Shown in pieces: positions 58,460 to 64,000 of a DNA stretch of 64,000 nt. Both the position numbers and the translations under genes were made by a program. The stretch covers positions 1,569 to 65,568 of the forward strand of contig CAYPEY010000004.1 in NCBI GenBank assembly GCA_964409955.1, read 5' to 3'. This DNA comes from an uncultured Staphylococcaceae bacterium (GTDB taxonomy: Bacteria; Bacillota_I; Bacilli_A; ML615J-28; CAG-313). The notes under the pieces are model-generated. The model made no database searches. It was not told where the DNA came from and was given only the letters and a program-made list of their open reading frames with translations. Position 1 is the first letter of the stretch, and each line of letters begins with the position of its first letter.

Positions 58460-59833
58460 TTAATTATTATGTTTTTGATAGCGTTTCTTGAATATAACTT
58501 TTCTAAATATTATTAATGTATAAATTATAAAAGCAATTACAAAAACAACTAAAGTTATACATGCTTCTGTCAAGCCTCTAGGACAATAATCAAGCAACAG
58601 CAATAAAAAACCACCAAATGCTATTGCGGGTATACTTTGCATTACTAAATTTGTTGCCGCAGGAGTTTCAAATTTCGGATCGATTTCTCTTAGTAAAATC
58701 ATACCATTACTAGCTGTACCAGTTAGCATTCCAAACATTGAGAAGAATCCCTCTTGTTCATATCCTTTATACAAATGATTAGAAGCTAGTCTTATAAATA
58801 TAAATGTCACAATTGAACCAACACTACAAATAACTAAAATCGGTAACATCATAGTTGACAGTTCAGTTAAATCAATTGCAGCAACACCTGCAATAATCAT
58901 CAAATCAAACATAAAACCACTAATTCTATCTAATAAGAAATTGTTAGTTAATTCTCTATGCATAATGTTCTTTTTCTTTAAAAAATTAAATATTTGTCTA
59001 AAAACAACTGCAACAATAGTTCCAAGTAAAAAATTAAATCCCCAAATTAAATCCATATTAATTAGTCTCATAATAGCATATACAACAGCGTATACAACTA
59101 AAACTAAAGATACATTAATCGTAAATTTATCTACAGATTCAGTAACAGGTATTTCGCCTTCAGAAACATAGTCATCTAACTTTTCTTCAACTCGAACATC
59201 TTCACCTGCAATTTTTAATTTACCTTTTTTTCGCAAAATATTCATATAAACTACACCAACAACACTAGCTACCATAAAGCCTATCGTTGCAATAGTTAAA
59301 CCAAATGTTTCACCACCAACAAATCCATAATTACTTTCATAAAGTTTTCCATAATTAAGAGCTTGTCCAGTCCCTTGTCCAAATCCTAGTGCTAAAATTA
59401 CTCCGCCACCTGCTATCATATCTGTGATAAATAATGAAAAAATAATTGTCAGCCCAATACCTACTATTGCTTGAATCAAATATGTTGCGCCAGTAACAAG
59501 ACCCGTTTCAATTACAGTCTTGGTTGATGTGTTCTTTTGACCTTTTTTAGCAGTTTTTAGTGCTAAAGCAATAAATCCAATTCCCAAACTATGATAAGTA
59601 AGCATTTCCATAGATTCTACTTTAATTAAATCATTAAAAAAAGGGATTAACTTTAATATTAAAATTAATAAACCACCTATTAATGCCGTAGGCATTAAAC
59701 TTCTTCTAATAAAAGGGACTTTTCTTCTTATTGTATTTCCTAAAGTCATTGCAACAACTAGAATAAACACTTGAGCCATAAAAGACCATACAAAATCATC
59801 ACCAAATGATTTAATATTCGACGTTAAAAACAT
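58460..59833 (-). CDS. gltS: Sodium/glutamate symporter (GltS/ESS family)
   Basis: This polytopic protein has an N-terminal region LGNTIRRKVPFIRRSLMPTALIGGLL that resembles the GltS pattern LGRxL...FLxKxxIPxxVxGG. Confidence 0.65.
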   Translation of the reverse strand: MFLTSNIKSFGDDFVWSFMAQVFILVVAMTLGNTIRRKVPFIRRSLMPTALIGGLLILILKLIPFFNDLIKVESMEMLTYHSLGIGFIALALKTAKKGQKNTSTKTVIETGLVTGATYLIQAIVGIGLTIIFSLFITDMIAGGGVILALGFGQGTGQALNYGKLYESNYGFVGGETFGLTIATIGFMVASVVGVVYMNILRKKGKLKIAGEDVRVEEKLDDYVSEGEIPVTESVDKFTINVSLVLVVYAVVYAIMRLINMDLIWGFNFLLGTIVAVVFRQIFNFLKKKNIMHRELTNNFLLDRISGFMFDLMIIAGVAAIDLTELSTMMLPILVICSVGSIVTFIFIRLASNHLYKGYEQEGFFSMFGMLTGTASNGMILLREIDPKFETPAATNLVMQSIPAIAFGGFLLLLLDYCPRGLTEACITLVVFVIAFIIYTLIIFRKVIFKKRYQKHNN

Positions 59834-59971
59834 TTTTTTCTACCTCTTTTCATCTTAAAATCTTTTTCCTTCTTTATAATTTTATCACATTTTTAAAAAA
59901 AATACAACTAATTTTATTTATAGATACAGGATAAATTATTTTTTATAAAATAACAAAACTAAATTCATAAA

Positions 59972-60006
59972 TAAAAACTAGTTAATTAAATAAATTATTA
60001 ACTAGT
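59972..60006 (-). terminator. Intrinsic terminator after the M55 peptidase gene
   Basis: A 10-bp stem ACTAGTTAAT/ATTAACTAGT has a 10-nt loop, followed on the minus strand by TTTTATTT. Confidence 0.65.
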
Positions 60007-60016
60007 TATATTCTAT

Positions 60017-60814
60017 TTATAATATAAATTTTAAGGCTCTAACGACTTCATAATAATCATCACTTTCAAAAACAACGGTATTTGAATTAATTAATTTACA
60101 ACCTGGATAAAAAGAAACACTATAAGCATCATTAAATTTTTTAAATTGAATTTCTACTTCAAAATGCTTTGGTAAACTAACTAAATTATTCTTTAAATCT
60201 TTTGAAAGAGAAAGTTTTACTTGATCTTCAATTTCTTGGTTTGTAACATTCGGATGACGACTTACAACAGCTCCATGATAACCTTCTTTTGTTGCAACTG
60301 TTACGATATTTGGGTTTTCTTCTTTTACAAGATTAGTTAATTCTTTATCACCACTTAAGAAAGCAACAGGTACTCCTAAATAACTTGCATATAATGCGTT
60401 AATATAAAATTCACTTGCAAGTTTTCCATTTATTTTTACATATTGATTTCTTAAATTCATAGTATGAGACAATGGATTACCATCAGATGAAGCAGGACTA
60501 TGGTAACCAATAAAAATTACCGCATCAAAACTTTCATCAAGGCCTGCCATCATACTACATGGAGATCCTTCCCAACCTCTATGGAGCTTAACGAAATCAG
60601 GTAAATCTTTTAAAATTAGATTTCTTGCTGAATCATGAGCATCTTTAATAAGGATTTCTGTTGCGCCAGCTTCTTTTGCAGCATAACATGCTCTTGCAAC
60701 TTCATCTGTCATTTGTTTTCTAAAATAATTATACTCAGGACTTTTATTATCTGTTTCATCCCAAGTAACAATATTATTTACTCCTTCTATATCGGCACTA
60801 ATAAATACTTTCAT
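60017..60814 (-). CDS. M55 family metallopeptidase (D-aminopeptidase DppA-like)
   Basis: The MKVFISADIEGV N-terminus, IKDAHDS, GYHS and a size of about 265 aa fit the family. The start is at the ATG at 60812-60814, 7 nt after a GGAGGA. Confidence 0.8.
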   Translation of the reverse strand: MKVFISADIEGVNNIVTWDETDNKSPEYNYFRKQMTDEVARACYAAKEAGATEILIKDAHDSARNLILKDLPDFVKLHRGWEGSPCSMMAGLDESFDAVIFIGYHSPASSDGNPLSHTMNLRNQYVKINGKLASEFYINALYASYLGVPVAFLSGDKELTNLVKEENPNIVTVATKEGYHGAVVSRHPNVTNQEIEDQVKLSLSKDLKNNLVSLPKHFEVEIQFKKFNDAYSVSFYPGCKLINSNTVVFESDDYYEVVRALKFIL

Positions 60815-60838
60815 AACTTTTTCCTCCATATTATTGTA

Positions 60839-61291
60839 TTAATCTTTGTTTAAAATATCATTTAAAAATTCCTCTAAAATTTTTATTAATTCAGGTAGTT
60901 CTGAAAACTCATCATCAAAATCATCAAATGGGTAAGCATTGCACTTTTCTTCATAGAAATCTAAATCATCAATGATGAAAAATGATAGATCATTTAAATT
61001 GATATCATTACTCTTTATAAAATTATCAAATAATTTCTTATGTTCGATTGCACCAACTTTTTCTAAATATTCACTAACATATGGTGCAAAGTTTCTACTA
61101 GAATTAACGAAAAATTGGCATAAGCCTCCATTTTGAAACTCCATATCAAAAGTATACAAAACGTAAAATATCTTTTCATTATCAGTTAATAAAGAAATAT
61201 CTTCATCTTGAATTTCTTCATTAAAACATTTTTCCAATAATTCATTATATTTTATCTCTATAGGACTTAAACTAAAATCAAATAAATTCAT
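60839..61291 (-). CDS. DUF4375 (DMP19-like) domain protein
   Basis: The motif YVLYTFDMEFQNGGLCQFFVNSS matches the QNGG(F/L)xQFF signature of DUF4375. Confidence 0.55.
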   Translation of the reverse strand: MNLFDFSLSPIEIKYNELLEKCFNEEIQDEDISLLTDNEKIFYVLYTFDMEFQNGGLCQFFVNSSRNFAPYVSEYLEKVGAIEHKKLFDNFIKSNDINLNDLSFFIIDDLDFYEEKCNAYPFDDFDDEFSELPELIKILEEFLNDILNKD

Positions 61292-61303
61292 AAATTCTCC
61301 CTC

Positions 61304-61534
61304 CTAATCGATTGATCTATGATATTCCTTTTTATTACAATGAGGACATTTAATTTTATAATATTCTCCGAAATGACTTTCAAACATCACTTGATACCAT
61401 TTCGGATAAAATTCTTTATTACACTGAGAACATAAAAATCTATGTTTTGACAAAACTATTCCTTTGATAAATGAAAAAAGTATGCAAAATGCAGCTGTTG
61501 GCACTAAGATTATTAATAAAATTTTTCCTATCAT
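61304..61534 (-). CDS. Small membrane-anchored zinc-ribbon protein
   Basis: The 76-aa protein has one N-terminal TM helix, then CSQC...17 aa...CPHC. The ATG overlaps the upstream TGA stop (ATGA). Confidence 0.45.
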   Translation of the reverse strand: MIGKILLIILVPTAAFCILFSFIKGIVLSKHRFLCSQCNKEFYPKWYQVMFESHFGEYYKIKCPHCNKKEYHRSID

Positions 61535-61881
61535 TTTTCAGTTCTCCTTAAATTTCCTTCCTTATCAAATTTAATAAAATGAATAATGAAAATTAAAGGA
61601 AGCGGAATTAAAGCTATTAACAAAATAATTAAACATCTTTCTATACTAGATAATGTTACTTGTTTTAATAATATTCTTATTGATAAAACTGAATAAGCAA
61701 TACCTTCAATTAATAAACAAATCGCATAACTTCTTCTAGAACTAATTAGTGTTGCTTTATTCTTTTTAAACATTTTAATATCTAGTTTAAAAGCATCAGT
61801 ACACTTTAATGGTTCAATTATCGCATAAATACTAACCCCAATTATAATAATGGGAAAAATTATATGTAATAATATAGACAT
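61531..61881 (-). CDS. Hypothetical three-TM membrane protein
   Basis: The 116-aa protein has a good SD (GAGGAGG), three hydrophobic helices and a basic C-terminus. Confidence 0.4.
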   Translation of the reverse strand: MSILLHIIFPIIIIGVSIYAIIEPLKCTDAFKLDIKMFKKNKATLISSRRSYAICLLIEGIAYSVLSIRILLKQVTLSSIERCLIILLIALIPLPLIFIIHFIKFDKEGNLRRTEK

Positions 61882-61912
61882 TTTATACCTCCTCTAAAAA
61901 GAAAATTTTAGC

Positions 61913-63709
61913 TTATTCATACCACTTCTTTTGAACTTCATACATTTGCTTGTATAAACTATCTTTGTTCATTAGATTATCAGGTGAATCATCTTCAACA
62001 ACTTGTCCTTGATTAAATACTAAAATTCTATCGCATTGTCTTGAAAAGCCTAATCGGTGAGAAATAAATAATATAGTTTTATCTTTTCGTAATGATTTAA
62101 TTAAATTATATATTTCTATTTCTCCCATAGGATCTAAAAAGGCAGTAGGCTCATCTAATATCCAAATTTTGCTATCGTCTTTTGCTAAAAGTCTTGCTAT
62201 GGCTAACCTTTGCCATTCACCTTTTGAAAGTTCCATACCCTTTTCTATTTGACCAAGCATTGTATTAATTCCATCTGGTAATGTTTTAACATAATCAAGT
62301 AAACCAACTTTATCGAGTATTTCTTCAATTTCTTCATCTGTAAATTCTTTATTCATATTTCCTAAACAAATATTTTGTTTAATTGTAAAAGAATACTGTA
62401 AGAAATCTTGAAAAATACAACTTGTGCTATTTTTTAAAACACCCATTTGATTATTAATAACTTCATCATTTACGATAACATCACCTTGATATTTTTTTGT
62501 AAGTTCAGTCAACAAATTAACAAAAGTAGTCTTACCACTACCGTTATAACCTACTACAGCAATTACTTCATTTTCATGTAATTTTAAATTTAACTTATTA
62601 AGTGCTTTATAATCTGATTGTGGGTAAGTAAAAGTAACATCTTTAAATTCTATATTGAATTTTTCATCTAATTCTTTGTTATTGTTTTCTAAATCTTCTT
62701 CTAATTCCATTAATTCTAAATAACTCTTATAAACATTATTATCTCTAACATCATATTGATATGCGTACCCTAAACTCTTTAATAAATAACTAAATGTTAT
62801 TATATTACTAATAATAACTGAAAAATAACCGATTTCTTGATTTCCATTAGCGATTTCTAATATTACAAAAAATAATACAAACATGGAAATACAAGCATAA
62901 AATATATTCGGGATTAACTCAAATTTTTCTCTTAATAGACCTGCTTTTAATGATTCATCGTTCCAATAATCATTTAATACTCGCCACCTTTTAATAAAAG
63001 GTATTGTTAATCGATTCATTAAACTATCTTGATGGGTTTCTTTTGACTGAGTTGAAAAGTAAAAATAATTTCTTCTTTGTCTGGTAAGTTCTAATTCATC
63101 ATATTTATTGAAAAGTTTTTTACCGAAACGAATACCAAGAATAACATAAAATAAACTAGCAATTATAAAAATTACTACTACCCACCAAGGAAGTCTTGAT
63201 GTAAAGAAAACAAATATTCCGATTCCCGCAAAACTATAAAATAAGCTTTGCCAACTATATAAAGCAACTCTTGCGTAGATCCATGTACCATAACTTTTAA
63301 CTAAATTAATTTTACTATCTACTTCTTGTGTTTCATAATTTTCAAAAGTCAACTTTGAAAGTTTCTTGTTAAATCTTTTAAAATAATTATAGCCTAATTT
63401 ATAATTTAATTTTTCACTTAAAATATTATTAATATCATATAAAATTCTAAAAACCAATAAAACTAGTGCTAATAAGAAGATATGATTTACGGCAGGTAAA
63501 AATGTAGTTTCAGCTCCACTAATAAAATCATATGCTTTATTTGTTACTTTTTCTAATAATACATACCATAAAATTTCATTTGGAATATATAAAAGCAATG
63601 TGATAATCTGAAATATTACTATAAACGGGCAATCTTTAAAAGCGTTTTTAAAGGCTATTAACATTGTTGAAAAATAATTATACTTACTCTTATTTTTATT
63701 CTTCTTCAT
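61913..63709 (-). CDS. ABC transporter, fused permease/ATP-binding exporter
   Basis: Walker A is GYNGSGKTT, the signature is LSKGEWQR and Walker B is IWILDEPT. The start is chosen at the ATG at 63707-63709 (MKKNKNK), which overlaps the partner's stop by 14 nt. Confidence 0.85.
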   Translation of the reverse strand: MKKNKNKSKYNYFSTMLIAFKNAFKDCPFIVIFQIITLLLYIPNEILWYVLLEKVTNKAYDFISGAETTFLPAVNHIFLLALVLLVFRILYDINNILSEKLNYKLGYNYFKRFNKKLSKLTFENYETQEVDSKINLVKSYGTWIYARVALYSWQSLFYSFAGIGIFVFFTSRLPWWVVVIFIIASLFYVILGIRFGKKLFNKYDELELTRQRRNYFYFSTQSKETHQDSLMNRLTIPFIKRWRVLNDYWNDESLKAGLLREKFELIPNIFYACISMFVLFFVILEIANGNQEIGYFSVIISNIITFSYLLKSLGYAYQYDVRDNNVYKSYLELMELEEDLENNNKELDEKFNIEFKDVTFTYPQSDYKALNKLNLKLHENEVIAVVGYNGSGKTTFVNLLTELTKKYQGDVIVNDEVINNQMGVLKNSTSCIFQDFLQYSFTIKQNICLGNMNKEFTDEEIEEILDKVGLLDYVKTLPDGINTMLGQIEKGMELSKGEWQRLAIARLLAKDDSKIWILDEPTAFLDPMGEIEIYNLIKSLRKDKTILFISHRLGFSRQCDRILVFNQGQVVEDDSPDNLMNKDSLYKQMYEVQKKWYE

Positions 63710-64000
63710 TTTCTTCACCATTATAAAGATTTTGTTGAGAAGTAAACAGTTCATGATAATAACCTTTTTTAGCTAATAGTTCATCATGTGTTCCACTTTC
63801 AATAATTCTTCCTTCTTTCATTATGATAATTTTAGAAGCTAGTCTTGCAAAAGCAATTCTATGAGAAATAAGTATTGCTGTCTTACCTTCAAGATTTACT
63901 TTAAATTCATTTAACATTCTTTCTTCTTCGATAGGGTCGATTGCGGCAGTAGGTTCATCTAACAACAATACTTCTGGTCCACCCATGTAAGCTCTTGCTA
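63696..64000 (-). CDS. ABC transporter ATP-binding domain, C-terminal part (gene continues beyond the window)
   Basis: The frame stays open to the window edge (...QRAYMGGPEVLLLDEPTAAIDP...ISHR...). The Walker B and H-loop region is visible. Confidence 0.8.
   Translation of the reverse strand, partial: ARAYMGGPEVLLLDEPTAAIDPIEEERMLNEFKVNLEGKTAILISHRIAFARLASKIIIMKEGRIIESGTHDELLAKKGYYHELFTSQQNLYNGEENEEE

Noticed and set aside
1-64000. Alternative genetic code (TGA=Trp, Mollicutes-like), considered because of the very low GC
   Set aside because: All long conserved genes are intact under the standard-code translation. TGA functions as the stop of ORF 61531-61881. murI and lipoprotein signals also argue for a walled Bacillota organism.

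Overview
This is a low-GC, AT-rich chromosomal segment of Bacillota type. The taxonomic hints are PolC, a T-box leader, TmcAL and alaS-ruvX-DUF1292 synteny. The genetic code is standard: long ORFs stay intact in the supplied translation, and TGA is seen as a stop at 61531-61533. About 47 protein genes are present and roughly 85% lie on the minus strand. I found no rRNA, tRNA, CRISPR array, transposase or integrase. The core content is housekeeping: rpsO, ribF, truB, aroC, aroQ, tmcAL, mrp, ruvX, alaS, gap, polC, trkAH, murI, htrA, a two-component system and several ABC, MATE and MFS transporters. Four regions stand out. (1) An accessory island at 9.3-17.7 kb encodes a Sec-type 2101-aa RHS/YD-repeat polymorphic toxin with an unrecognised glycine-rich, hydrophobic-tailed C-terminal tip and a downstream membrane protein that may confer immunity. 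A displaced, frameshifted orphan toxin tip with its own putative immunity gene follows. A promoter plus terminator leader lies upstream. (2) Two tandem paralogues (24.7-28.9 kb) combine six predicted TM helices, a coiled coil, an MmcQ/YjbR-like domain and an Ala/Glu/Lys repeat tail. (3) A tightly coupled ABC exporter, PqqD-like protein, S24/S26 peptidase and leaderless thermonuclease module (43.3-46.1 kb) has no recognisable precursor peptide or modifying enzyme. (4) Several conspicuous tandem repeat arrays sit in promoter regions (3756-3848, 58336-58424), and a phased A-tract block lies at 8738-8795. All functional calls come from reading the translated ORFs and motifs by eye. No database search or structure prediction was run.
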